A DNA stretch of 64,000 nt, taken from contig JBLYPS010000001.1 in assembly GCA_048539495.1 (NCBI GenBank), positions 11,235 to 75,234 of the forward strand, in the 5' to 3' direction. Shown one piece after another: positions 47,902 through 57,459 of the stretch (positions are counted from its first letter, which is position 1; each line of letters starts with the position of its first letter). Origin of the DNA: Dehalococcoidia bacterium (GTDB lineage: Bacteria; Chloroflexota; Dehalococcoidia; SZUA-161; SpSt-899). Both the position numbers and the translations under genes were made by a program. The notes beneath the pieces were generated by a model. It made no database searches and was not told where the DNA came from. It saw only the letters and a list, made by a program, of their open reading frames with translations.

Positions 47902-48411
47902 ATGCAGAGGCTGATGGGGCAGAAGGTTATCCTGCGAGAGAAGCAGCTTGCTGACGCCGTCAACGACTATGCCTGGGGCTGCGATACAGAACTCATGCGT
48001 TTGGATGCTGCCGATCCTATCAACATGACCTTCGCTGAATTCCTAACGCGCTGTGCTGAGGGGATAAAAAACAGAAAACATCGTCGTTTTGCCATTGAGA
48101 CGATAGACGGTAAACACATTGGTAATTGTAACTGCTACAACATTGACCACTTTCGCAAGGAGGCCGAACTGGGGATAATCATCGGCGATTGCCAGTATTG
48201 GGGGAAGGGGTATGGCACCGATGCGGTGGTGACCCTGGTGCATCACATTTTTCAGGACGTTGGATTGCGAAGGATATCTTTGCATACTCTGGGATCGAAT
48301 GTCAGGGCGCAACGATGCTTCGAAAAGTGCGGGTTCGTTCCCTGCGGCCGCCTAGTCAAGCGAGGATATGAGTTCGTGAAGATGGAATTATATCGTGGGT
48401 GGCTCACGTAG
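47902..48411 (+). CDS. GNAT N-acetyltransferase (RimJ/RimL type)
   Basis: HIGNC, AELGIIIG..YWGKGYGTDA, N.RAQRCFEKCGF. Confidence 0.9.
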   Translation: MQRLMGQKVILREKQLADAVNDYAWGCDTELMRLDAADPINMTFAEFLTRCAEGIKNRKHRRFAIETIDGKHIGNCNCYNIDHFRKEAELGIIIGDCQYWGKGYGTDAVVTLVHHIFQDVGLRRISLHTLGSNVRAQRCFEKCGFVPCGRLVKRGYEFVKMELYRGWLT

Positions 48412-48473
48412 ATTGATTTTCCAAAATCGACAATTCTATATACCGCTGCAGGGTCACGGGCGTAGCGCCGGGT

Positions 48474-49388
48474 TTACCCCCGGCTTTCCGGCGGTGCCGG
48501 GTTGACTAATCCCGCGGCCAACGTTTTCGGGATGACCTCCGCTAACTCCGCCTGAGTCCATTTCCCTTCCCGCTTGAAGATGGACTTCATCCTTACCGGC
48601 TCGGAGTAGAGAGTGATCTCCCCGCCCGCAGCCCGAAACACCTGGCCGTTTATATTGGCCGCCAGGTCGCTTGCCAGATAAACCACGAAAGGGCTCACGT
48701 ACTCCGGCGGAGGGACTCCTAGCAGCTCATCGAGTCGTTCCCTGGTTATCAGGCCGGCCTCGTGTCTTTTCTTGAAGCCTTCCACCACAGCCGGGGCAAG
48801 GGTAAACCTGGTGCTTGCTTCCGGAGCGAGGGCATTGCAGGTCACATTATATCTCCCCATCTCGCGCGCCACCGACCTGGCCAAGCCGACGATCCCCCCC
48901 TTGGCGGCACCATAATTGACGTGGCCCACCGTGCCCAGGAAAGCCTCGGAGGTCATCAGTATTATCCGTCCCCACCTCTGTTGCCTCATGAAGCCACAAG
49001 CGTGTCGCACACAGTTAAAGGTGCCCTTAAGATAGGAATCGAGGCATCTATCCCACTCGTTCTCGGTCATGTTCCAGATCATGCGCGGGGCATCGGCCCC
49101 GGCGCAGGTTACCACGATGTCTATTCGGCCGAAGTTGTCCACCGCCGCCTGGACCAGCCTCTGAGCCTCATCAAAACTGGCAACGTCGGCATACACCGGG
49201 AAAGCCTGTCCACCAGCATCCTTAATTTTGCTTGCCGTGGTCTCAGCATCCCCCCCCTCGGCCCCGGGCTTCCGGTTATTGGTTATTATCTTAGCCCCTT
49301 CGCCGGCCATCTCGATCGCGATAGCTTTTCCAATGCCCTGACCCGATCCGGTGATCAAAGCAACCCTGTCTTTCAAGCTTTCCCCCAT
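48474..49388 (-). CDS. Short-chain dehydrogenase/reductase
   Basis: TGSGQGIG, YGAAK. Confidence 0.93.
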   Translation of the reverse strand: MGESLKDRVALITGSGQGIGKAIAIEMAGEGAKIITNNRKPGAEGGDAETTASKIKDAGGQAFPVYADVASFDEAQRLVQAAVDNFGRIDIVVTCAGADAPRMIWNMTENEWDRCLDSYLKGTFNCVRHACGFMRQQRWGRIILMTSEAFLGTVGHVNYGAAKGGIVGLARSVAREMGRYNVTCNALAPEASTRFTLAPAVVEGFKKRHEAGLITRERLDELLGVPPPEYVSPFVVYLASDLAANINGQVFRAAGGEITLYSEPVRMKSIFKREGKWTQAELAEVIPKTLAAGLVNPAPPESRG

Positions 49389-49439
49389 ATTTACCTCCAG
49401 CGGACGCGCAAGCACGGGTTCGATAAATCGAACCCCTAC

Positions 49440-49853
49440 TCACGCCGCCGCAAATTCGTACAAAACCTTTTCATCAGGCAGATTGGCGACGATTGGTTTC
49501 AATGCCATGCCTACCTTGATATCATTTTCGTTGATCTCCCGACTCAGGCGCCCGAAAACCCTTACCCCTCCCTCAAAATCGGCTACTGCCAATACGTATG
49601 GGGCATCATCTTCAAACCCGGCCGGACCATAGTTCACCCTGGTATAGGTAAGTAACTTGCCCTTACTGCCGATCTCGAACCACTTCACATCGCTGGTAAG
49701 GCAATTAGAGCAATCAACGCGCGGTGGAAAATAGACTCGCCCACACTTCTTGCAGCTTGATGCCATCACCTTCCCCTGCTCCAGGTAGCTTACAAAATCC
49801 GCTACCTTCGCCTCCGAGGTGAAGCTAACGCCCCCGAATTTATCAAAGCCCAT
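49440..49853 (-). CDS. DUF35 Zn-ribbon/OB-fold thiolase partner
   Basis: CKKCG..YFPPR.DC..C followed by OB fold; adjacent to thiolase. Confidence 0.92.
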   Translation of the reverse strand: MGFDKFGGVSFTSEAKVADFVSYLEQGKVMASSCKKCGRVYFPPRVDCSNCLTSDVKWFEIGSKGKLLTYTRVNYGPAGFEDDAPYVLAVADFEGGVRVFGRLSREINENDIKVGMALKPIVANLPDEKVLYEFAAA

Positions 49854-51008
49854 CTAGTCCCTCCTCAATATCGTTACGTTGCCGTAAAGACCGGTACCAC
49901 CTATATTGTGAACCAGGCCGATCTCCGCTCCCTTCACTTGCACCTCTCCCCCCTCCCCCCGGAGCTGCTTTACGATGGTTCTGATCTGGGAGCCACCGGT
50001 GGCCCCGATGGGGTGTCCTTTGGAGAGCAAGCCGCCGTCGATGTTTACCGGTATTCTCCCCCCGACATAGGTCTGCCCCCCCTCGATGAGCCGGGCTCCC
50101 GCTCCGGGCTCGGCGAATCCCAGGTCCTCATAGGCCATTATCTCGGATATGGTGAAACAATCGTGAACCTCAGCTACATCGATGTCCTGTGGGCCTACTC
50201 CAGCCATGGTGTAAGCCTGGGTGGCAGCGTCGCGGGCACAGATTAGATTCGTCAACACTTTCCTGGAGCTAATGGTGGCAGTATCGGTTGCTGCTCCCAG
50301 ACCCACAATCCATACTGGAATGTCGGTGATCTCTCTAGCTCTTTCCTTGCTCGCTACTATAATGCAGGATGAGCCATCGGCGTTGGCGCAGCAATCGAGT
50401 TTCTTCAGCGGACTGGTTACAACCTCCGATGCCAGTATCTCTTCCAGGCTCAGTTCCTTGCGATAGTTAGCCCTCGGATTCAGGGCTCCGTAATGCGAAT
50501 TCTTAACCCTCACCTTCGCCATTTGCTCTTCAGTCGTTCCGTAGGTCGCCATGTGGGCACGAGCATATAGCGCGTAGCTGGCAGGCATAGTGACGCCAAA
50601 CGGCGATTCCCACATAATGTCGCCGCCTCTGCCCATTCTCTCCGCAGCCTCCCTTGAGGTGAGCTCCGACATCTTCTGGAAACCGATCACCGCTATCACC
50701 TGATGAAGCCCTGACTTTACCAGAGACCAGGCGACCCTCAGGCCGGTGCTGCTGGATGAGCATATCGTCTCCACGCAAAAGGAGGGACTGGGGGTTAAAC
50801 CCAAGTACTCGGAGATGACCCCTGCAGGTGAGCGTTGCCGGTCATATTCCGGGGCGGAACAAATTATGGAGGCATCAATGTCCCTGGCTTCAAGCCCCAG
50901 TCCCTCCACAGCCTCAGAGTATGCTTCAAAGCAGAGCTCTCTGGGGGACATACCACACTTGCGAGAAAAAGCGCTTTGCCCGACCCCGACAATGGCAACA
51001 TCTTGCAT
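49854..51008 (-). CDS. Thiolase (SCP2-type)
   Basis: ETICSSS, AEVHDCFT, GGLLSKGHPIGATG, HNIGG. Confidence 0.93.
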   Translation of the reverse strand: MQDVAIVGVGQSAFSRKCGMSPRELCFEAYSEAVEGLGLEARDIDASIICSAPEYDRQRSPAGVISEYLGLTPSPSFCVETICSSSSTGLRVAWSLVKSGLHQVIAVIGFQKMSELTSREAAERMGRGGDIMWESPFGVTMPASYALYARAHMATYGTTEEQMAKVRVKNSHYGALNPRANYRKELSLEEILASEVVTSPLKKLDCCANADGSSCIIVASKERAREITDIPVWIVGLGAATDTATISSRKVLTNLICARDAATQAYTMAGVGPQDIDVAEVHDCFTISEIMAYEDLGFAEPGAGARLIEGGQTYVGGRIPVNIDGGLLSKGHPIGATGGSQIRTIVKQLRGEGGEVQVKGAEIGLVHNIGGTGLYGNVTILRRD

Positions 51009-51247
51009 GATATTTGCTCCTTTCAGTTAATGGATTTCCGCAGAGAACCTCCCCCATTTAGGATACAATAACTTGTTATCCCTGTCAAACTAAAAGGGTA
51101 CATTTCAAAATTCTTGGAAAAATCCATAGTCACCAGTAACCAGCCAACGGCTGACGACTGAATGCTGACGGCTTAGGCGTAGACTATCACTACGGATCGT
51201 GCTAAAATAGGAGTCGATTCTAAATACCCCTCTTGTATGGAGAAGTC

Positions 51248-52798
51248 ATGACTGAGCCGAACGTTCGGGTGCGCTTTGCCCCCAGCCCTACCGGATACCC
51301 TCATGTGGGGAATATCAGGACCGCCCTGTTCAACTGGCTGTTCGCCCGCCACTACGGCGGTAGCTTTATCGTCAGGATCGAGGATACCGATCAAGCCCGC
51401 AAGGTGGAAGATGCCCTCGAAAGTATCCTCGATAGCCTGCGCTGGCTGGGACTGGACTGGGACGAGGGGCCGGAGGTGGGTGGGGACTACGGGCCCTACT
51501 TTCAGTCCGAGCGACTCGACACGTATCATTCTTACGCCCGACGGTTGCTCGACGAAGGTCACGCCTATCTCTGTTATTGCCCCCCGGAGCGGCTCGATGA
51601 GATGCGTGTCGAACAGGCTCGACGGAAGGAGCCGCCGCGCTACGACCGGCGCTGTCGCAATTTGAGTCGAGAGTCCCGAGTCGAGAGTCCCGAGTCGGGG
51701 GGGGAGGGGGACTCCAGAGCGAAGCGTCTCCAGAGCGAAGCGTCTCCAGAGCGAAGCGTCTCCAGACTCGTCACCCCGGTGGTGCGCCTTAAAACACCGC
51801 TCGACGGGCAGACTCGGTTTCACGATCTGATCCGGGGTGAGATAGTCTTCGAGAACAGCACTTTGGACGATTTTGTGCTCCTCAAATCGGATGGCTATCC
51901 CACATATCACCTGGCCAATATCGTCGACGACCACCTGATGGCAATTTCCCACATCATGCGAGCCGACGAGTGGCTCTCCAGCACCCCACGCCACGTCTTG
52001 CTCTATCAGGCATTTGGGTGGCAACCGCCTCTTTTTGCTCACCTGCCCATGATCCTCGGTCCCGACAAATCCAAACTGAGCAAGCGCCATGGGGCAACAT
52101 CAGTTACCGAACTGAAGGATCAGGGGTATCTCCCGGAGGCGGTGCTCAATTTCCTGGCCTTGCTGGGCTGGTCTCTAGATGACCACACCGAGATCTTGAG
52201 CCGAGAGGAACTGGTGACTAATTTCTCCATCGAGCGCGTAAGCAAGACCGGGGCCATCTTCAATCACGAGAAACTCCGCTGGATGAACGGGGTTTATCTT
52301 CGAGAACTCCGCCCCGAAGCCTTCTTGCAGCGGATAATGCCGCTTCTGGAGAGCTCCCTGCCGCAGGAAGTGGAGCGTCCCATCTCCGAGGAATATGTGA
52401 GGCGCATCGTGCCCCTGATTCAGGAGCGCATAGCTACTTTGAATGAACTCGGCGCCTACACCGACTTCTTCTTCCTCGATGCACTGCAGTATGATCCATC
52501 GCTGCTGGTCGGCAAGAAGATGACTCCGCAGTCCACACTCACGGCGCTGAATGCGGCACGGGAGAAGCTCTCCGCACTGGAGAGTTTTGATACTGATTCC
52601 ATGGAAGGCACGCTTCGTCCCCTGGCTGAGGAGATGGGACTCAAGACAGGTCAGCTTTTCGGTGTCTTGAGGGTAGCCGTCACCGGCCGCACCGCCGCCC
52701 CACCCCTCTTTCAGACGATGGTGGTTTTGGGGAAAGGGAAGTGCCTGCGGCGGATTGAGGCGGCTATCACTCTCCTTTATCGTTTAGATTCAATGTGA
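51248..52798 (+). CDS. gltX: Glutamate-tRNA ligase with in-frame repeat insertion (51664-51769)
   Basis: RFAPSPTG.PHVGN (HIGH), RIEDTD, KLSKR (KMSKS); insert SRESRVESPESGGEGDSRAKRLQSEASPERSVSRL. Confidence 0.97.
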   Translation: MTEPNVRVRFAPSPTGYPHVGNIRTALFNWLFARHYGGSFIVRIEDTDQARKVEDALESILDSLRWLGLDWDEGPEVGGDYGPYFQSERLDTYHSYARRLLDEGHAYLCYCPPERLDEMRVEQARRKEPPRYDRRCRNLSRESRVESPESGGEGDSRAKRLQSEASPERSVSRLVTPVVRLKTPLDGQTRFHDLIRGEIVFENSTLDDFVLLKSDGYPTYHLANIVDDHLMAISHIMRADEWLSSTPRHVLLYQAFGWQPPLFAHLPMILGPDKSKLSKRHGATSVTELKDQGYLPEAVLNFLALLGWSLDDHTEILSREELVTNFSIERVSKTGAIFNHEKLRWMNGVYLRELRPEAFLQRIMPLLESSLPQEVERPISEEYVRRIVPLIQERIATLNELGAYTDFFFLDALQYDPSLLVGKKMTPQSTLTALNAAREKLSALESFDTDSMEGTLRPLAEEMGLKTGQLFGVLRVAVTGRTAAPPLFQTMVVLGKGKCLRRIEAAITLLYRLDSM

Positions 52799-52941
52799 TG
52801 AAGAATGGGATTCTGCTCTTCAGCAGGGATGAGGCAGTGAGAAGTGACTTCGAAATCTTAAGCATTGTGGAGTACCATGATCTCGATTTTCACCGGAAGA
52901 GATATAGAGAGGAAGCCCTTGGGATTAAACAGTGAGGCAGA

Positions 52942-53802
52942 TTGACCGAAATGGATTTTATTGAAAAGCTGCTGAAGGCCTCCCGAAAAAACAACACCCT
53001 TCTCTGTATCGGGCTGGACCCCGATCCTCTGCTCATGCCCGACGTGGAGGTTGCCGAGTTCAATCGCCAGATCATCGAGGCGACCAAAGACCTAGTGTGT
53101 GCCTACAAGCCAAATCTCGCCTTCTATGAGGTCCTGGGCATTGATGGCCTCATCGCTCTGGAAAAGACCCTCACGTTTATTCCGGGCGACATCCCGGTCA
53201 TCGCCGATGCCAAGCGGGGTGACATCGGGAACACCGCCCGCAAGTATGCCCAGGCCCTGTTTGAGATATATGGCTTCGATGCCGCCACCGTGAATCCCTA
53301 TCTGGGGCACGACTCCCTGGAGCCGTTCACGGATTACCTCGATAGAGGGATTTTTATCCTCTGCAACACCTCGAATGCCGGGGCGGCGGACTTTCAACAA
53401 CTCCGTTGCCGTTCGGATGCGGCTAAGGATGCCGTCCCCCTTTTTGAACTGGTAGCGATGAAGGCCGCCGAATGGAATGTTCATCGCAACATCGGTCTTG
53501 TCGTCGGAGCTACCCAGCCCCGGTCCTTGAGGCGAGTCCGCCAGTTGTGCCCCGATATGTCCCTGCTGATTCCCGGCATCGGAGCCCAGGGGGGAGAGCT
53601 ATCATCGGCCGTCCAGTATGGAGTTGACGCCAACGGGGAGAAAGCAATCATCAACTGCTCGCGCCAGGTGCTATATGCTTCAAAAGGGAAGGATTTCCCC
53701 TCGGCGGCAAGGCTGGAGGCAGCCAGATTGCGGGAACAGATGAACCAGCAGCGTATGATAGCCACAGAGTCCACAGAGAAACGGGTAGGATGCAGGGGGT
53801 AG
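52942..53802 (+). CDS. pyrF: Orotidine-5'-phosphate decarboxylase
   Basis: LCIGLDP, YKPNLAFYE, DAKRGDIGNT, LIPGIGAQGG. Confidence 0.96.
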   Translation: MTEMDFIEKLLKASRKNNTLLCIGLDPDPLLMPDVEVAEFNRQIIEATKDLVCAYKPNLAFYEVLGIDGLIALEKTLTFIPGDIPVIADAKRGDIGNTARKYAQALFEIYGFDAATVNPYLGHDSLEPFTDYLDRGIFILCNTSNAGAADFQQLRCRSDAAKDAVPLFELVAMKAAEWNVHRNIGLVVGATQPRSLRRVRQLCPDMSLLIPGIGAQGGELSSAVQYGVDANGEKAIINCSRQVLYASKGKDFPSAARLEAARLREQMNQQRMIATESTEKRVGCRG

Positions 53803-53836
53803 CAATCTCTCTATGATCTCGGTGTGCTCTGTGGCT
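53760..53836. repeat. 9-nt-period palindromic element (CACAGAG/CTCTGTG) extending pyrF
   Basis: agccacagagtccacagagaa ... ctctctatgatctcggtgtgctctgtggct. Confidence 0.7.
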
Positions 53837-53890
53837 GAACAGTTTGCGTAGCGCCGGGGTTTATCCCCGGCATAACGAAAGGAGACAAGA

Positions 53891-54715
53891 GTGAGTGAGT
53901 TCATAAAGAAGCTGGAGCGAATCTCGCGCGAAAAGACACGGCCTCTGGGATTTGGCGGAATAGCGAAGCCTAAGAACGCGGGCATGATGCTGATTGCCCA
54001 GTTGCCCCCGAGCGAAGCTAGCACAGGAAATTCCATTCCCGAAGAAGTGGATGCCCTGTTGTTCGACGTTAAGGACTCAGATGACCGGGTCGAGCTCCTG
54101 TCGATGCGAGTCAAGGATCAAGAAGCCAGAAGCCAGAAGCCAGACTCTTGCCTCTTACCTCTTGCCTCTTGCCTCTTGCCTCTCGTTCCCTGGGGGGTCC
54201 GGCTGGGGACTGCGGACACCGAGGGACTAGCTGAACTTGCCGATGCAGGCTGTGACTATCTGGTATTCAAATCTGACGTGTCGGCCAGAATCGTCGTAGA
54301 GGAAAGAATGGGCTTGGTACTTGAGATCGATACCTTGCTGGGCGATAGCCTGGCCAGAGCTGTGGGGCAAATATCCGTCGAGGCCATACTTCTCAGAAGC
54401 AACGATGAACTGCCCCTGAGCGTGCATCGGCTGTTGGAGTACCAGCGGCTGATCGCTCTTGCTGGAACACCGGCCATAGCGCTCTTGCCTGCTGACATTT
54501 CCGACCTGAAATCCCTGTGGGGGATCGGGGTGAGGGGGGTGGTGGTGGACCTGAGTGGCGAGGATCGGGAACAAAAACTCTCTGCGGTGAGGGAGGCCAT
54601 TCGGAGATTGCCGGCATCACGAAAGAAACTACGGGAGAGGATCAACCCGATCTTGCCAGCCGTGCAAGCGCTTGATGAAGAGTTTGAAGATGAAGAGTTT
54701 GAAGAGAAAATATAG
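53891..54715 (+). CDS. Hypothetical protein with in-frame repeat insertion (54108-54184)
   Basis: AAGGAG RBS, 274 aa; insert RVKDQEARSQKPDSCLLPLASCLLPL. Confidence 0.75.
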   Translation: MSEFIKKLERISREKTRPLGFGGIAKPKNAGMMLIAQLPPSEASTGNSIPEEVDALLFDVKDSDDRVELLSMRVKDQEARSQKPDSCLLPLASCLLPLVPWGVRLGTADTEGLAELADAGCDYLVFKSDVSARIVVEERMGLVLEIDTLLGDSLARAVGQISVEAILLRSNDELPLSVHRLLEYQRLIALAGTPAIALLPADISDLKSLWGIGVRGVVVDLSGEDREQKLSAVREAIRRLPASRKKLRERINPILPAVQALDEEFEDEEFEEKI

Positions 54716-54721
54716 GCGGCC

Positions 54722-55054
54722 TCACCCGAATATGATAGCCAGCACGATAAGCAGGGCAAATATTGCTCCGGTGATCATGCCGATCCGCTTCAGGTCGGCG
54801 GCCACATAGGCATAGGTGGCAGCCACCACTTCTCGAGCCTGGAGATGCTTCGCTCTGGAGTCTGGAGTCTCGGCTCTCGACTCTCGACTCTCGACTGCCA
54901 GTTGTTTAGGTTGAACTTCTTCTGTTTGTGGAGCAGCGATTTTGGCCTCTGACAGAGGATGAGACTTCGGTGGCCGTTTTCTCTTCCCTTGCCCACTCCG
55001 TTTGGCATATCTCGCTGCTGCCTGATGCGATCTCTTGGTCACTGACACCCCCAT
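54722..55054 (-). CDS. Small basic membrane-anchored hypothetical protein with in-frame repeat insertion (54835-54899)
   Basis: K/R-rich N-terminus, YAYV..DLKRIG plus C-terminal TM helix; insert AVESRESRAETPDSRAKHLQAR. Confidence 0.7.
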   Translation of the reverse strand: MGVSVTKRSHQAAARYAKRSGQGKRKRPPKSHPLSEAKIAAPQTEEVQPKQLAVESRESRAETPDSRAKHLQAREVVAATYAYVAADLKRIGMITGAIFALLIVLAIIFG

Positions 55055-55056
55055 TA

Positions 55057-55146
55057 GTCTGGAGTCTGGAATCGAGAGTCTGGAGTCCCCCGCCCAGCCC
55101 CCGTTGACTGCCGACCGCCGACTGCCAGACTGCTAACTTGAACCTG
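55057..55146. repeat. Heptamer hairpin element with mixed arm types
   Basis: agtctggagtctggaatcgagagtctggagtc - ccccgcccagcccc - gactgccgaccgccgactgccagactgctaact. Confidence 0.85.
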
Positions 55147-55199
55147 AATAGATTCTAACGCATAGGGCCTGCTTTTGCAAGTCTAGCCCCACACAAGAG

Positions 55200-55313
55200 G
55201 AGTTAAGAGTATCGAGTATCGAGTATTGAGTATCGAGTATCGAGTTTAGAGGAGGGGAGGGGGGAGGCCTCAAAACTCAAAACTCAGAACTCTAAACTCA
55301 ATGACTCCAGACT
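55200..55313. repeat. Heptamer hairpin element (GAGTATC/AAAACTC type)
   Basis: (gagtatc)-type units x5, gagtttagaggaggggagggggg, cctcaaaactcaaaactcagaactctaaactcaatgactccagact. Confidence 0.9.
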
Positions 55314-55359
55314 GATTTGCACCCGGTGCGAATAAGCGGTTATAATGAGAGGAAGAGTG

Positions 55360-57201
55360 ATGTTTGATCTGGACGCCATACTGCACAAGGTTACCCGGCC
55401 CGCGCGCTACACCGGCGGCGAGTGGAATAGCATCAAGAAGGACTGGAACGCGGTTGATGTCAGGATCGCCCTCTCTTATCCCGATGCCTATGAGATCGGC
55501 ATGTCCAACCTCGGACTGGCGATTCTATATGACCTCTTGAATAGGGAGTCTGATGTCCTTGCCGAACGGGTCTATGCCCCCTGGAGTGATATGTCCGCGG
55601 CGATGCGGAGTGTGGGGATTCCGTTATTCAGTCTGGAATCGAGGCGACCTATAAGGGATTTCGATATCATCGGGTTTTCGCTTGGTTACGAGCTTACCTT
55701 CACCAATGTGCTCAATATGCTCGACCTGGCTCGAATCCCGGTGCTCGCCGCCGACAGGGGTGATTCCCTCCCGCTGGTGATCGCTGGCGGTAGCTGTGCC
55801 CTCAACCCTGAACCGATGTCTGATTTCATCGACCTCTTCGTCGTTGGCGAGGGAGAGGAGGTGATCCTCGAATTGGTCCAGGCTTTTCGTTGCTGGAATA
55901 ATGGTAGAACGGGCATCTTGCCCGTCAATGGTGGAAAGAGGGAATTACTTTGTGAGCTCTCCAAAATCCGCGGCATCTATGTCCCCGGTTTGTATCGAGC
56001 TCAATACCTCGCCGATGGCAGCTTTGCATCCATCATTCCCGAAGTGCCGCAGGCAAAGGGCTCGATAGAGCGGCGCATTAGTAAGCTCCCGCCTCCGCTG
56101 ACCCGCCCCATTGTTCCCTTCGTTGAGATAATCCATGACCGGGGAGCAGTAGAGATTCAGCGCGGCTGCCCGCAGGGGTGCCGCTTCTGCCAGGCAGGCA
56201 TCATCTATCGGCCGGTGCGAGAACGACCGGTGGCGGAGGTAATCCAGGCCGTGGACGAACTGGTGGCTAACTGCGGCTATGACGAAATCTCGCTGCTCTC
56301 CCTCAGCACCAGCGACTATTCGGGCATCGCTGAACTGGTTGGGTCTCTGTCAGACCGCTACCGGGGGAGGCATCTCAATCTCTCGCTTCCCAGCCTGCGG
56401 CCGGATTCCTTCTCCGTAGAGTTGGCCAACGCCATTCGGGATCAGCGCAAGGCAAGCCTCACCTTTGCCCCGGAGGCGGGAACCGATCGTCTTCGCCGGG
56501 TGATCAATAAAGGCATTTCCGGGGGCAATCCGGTGCAAACCATTGAGCTGGCACTGGATCGGGGCTGGCGCAGCTTCAAGCTGTATTTCATGATCGGCCT
56601 GCCCACCGAGACGGCGGACGATGTCCTGGGCATCGTTGATCTCGTTCGCCGAGTGAGACAAATCAAGGGGGCAGCGGGCAAGAGCCCAAACATCCGCGTG
56701 AGCGTTGCTACCTTCATTCCCAAACCCCACACGCCATTTCAATGGGTGGCGCAGAACCCGGAGGAGGAACTGCTCTCGAAGCATCAGATCCTGCGTCGCG
56801 GGCTTCAGAAAGCCGGTGCCAGCCCATCTTGGCACGATCCCAGGGTGAGCCTGCTTGAAGGGGTGATGTCCCGGGGAGACCGTCGCCTGGGGCAGGTGAT
56901 TCTCCGCGCCTGGCAGTTGGGCTGCCTCTTTGATGCCTGGAGTGACATCTTCGACTATGAAAAATGGCTGCAGGCCTTCGATGAATGCGGCATCGACCCA
57001 AAGGCATACATCCGGGAGCGCTCACTGGATGAGGTTCTTCCCTGGTCTCACATCGATACCGGCGTCAGTATCAACTTCCTCAAATGCGAGTACCAGCGCG
57101 CCCTGGCGGGAGAGGAAACCCTTAATTGTTGTTCAGGGCCGTGCATCGGCTGCGGATTGCAGCGGTGGGATGAAGGTTGCCAGGAGAAATACCAGAAGTA
57201 G
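55360..57201 (+). CDS. TIGR03960-type radical SAM protein with a 27-bp in-frame insertion (about 55906-55932)
   Basis: RPARYTGGE, YPDAYEIGMSNLG, RGCPQGCRFCQAG (CxxxCxxC), YFMIGLPTET, FIPKPHTPFQW. Confidence 0.92.
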   Translation: MFDLDAILHKVTRPARYTGGEWNSIKKDWNAVDVRIALSYPDAYEIGMSNLGLAILYDLLNRESDVLAERVYAPWSDMSAAMRSVGIPLFSLESRRPIRDFDIIGFSLGYELTFTNVLNMLDLARIPVLAADRGDSLPLVIAGGSCALNPEPMSDFIDLFVVGEGEEVILELVQAFRCWNNGRTGILPVNGGKRELLCELSKIRGIYVPGLYRAQYLADGSFASIIPEVPQAKGSIERRISKLPPPLTRPIVPFVEIIHDRGAVEIQRGCPQGCRFCQAGIIYRPVRERPVAEVIQAVDELVANCGYDEISLLSLSTSDYSGIAELVGSLSDRYRGRHLNLSLPSLRPDSFSVELANAIRDQRKASLTFAPEAGTDRLRRVINKGISGGNPVQTIELALDRGWRSFKLYFMIGLPTETADDVLGIVDLVRRVRQIKGAAGKSPNIRVSVATFIPKPHTPFQWVAQNPEEELLSKHQILRRGLQKAGASPSWHDPRVSLLEGVMSRGDRRLGQVILRAWQLGCLFDAWSDIFDYEKWLQAFDECGIDPKAYIRERSLDEVLPWSHIDTGVSINFLKCEYQRALAGEETLNCCSGPCIGCGLQRWDEGCQEKYQK

Positions 57202-57323
57202 AGATTGTCTACAGCAACTAACCCTGGCATTCTGCTTCGAGGTTATTCACACTTCGTAGGGTCAGACTTGCAATACAACTTTCGGCTTGCTCTTACGGCT
57301 GGGCTTATCCCGCTTACGGGATC

Positions 57324-57404
57324 AGGAGTTACGCAGTTGGCTGTGCCATAGCTTCAAAAAATCGGCTAAACCACTAAGCATCAGCTTTCAACTGCGTAAG
57401 TCCT
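57324..57404. mobile_element. 81-bp MITE with 16-bp TIRs
   Basis: aggagttacgcagttg / caactgcgtaagtcct, 15/16 match. Confidence 0.7.
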
Positions 57405-57459
57405 ACCTCTCTGCTTAATTATAGCCTTATGAAAGGGATTGTCAAGGGTGCGTATTTAA

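Noticed and set aside
48762-52090. Long antisense ORFs (48762-49655, 51173-52090 and many others in the track)
   Set aside because: Shadow frames opposite well-supported genes in GC-rich DNA.
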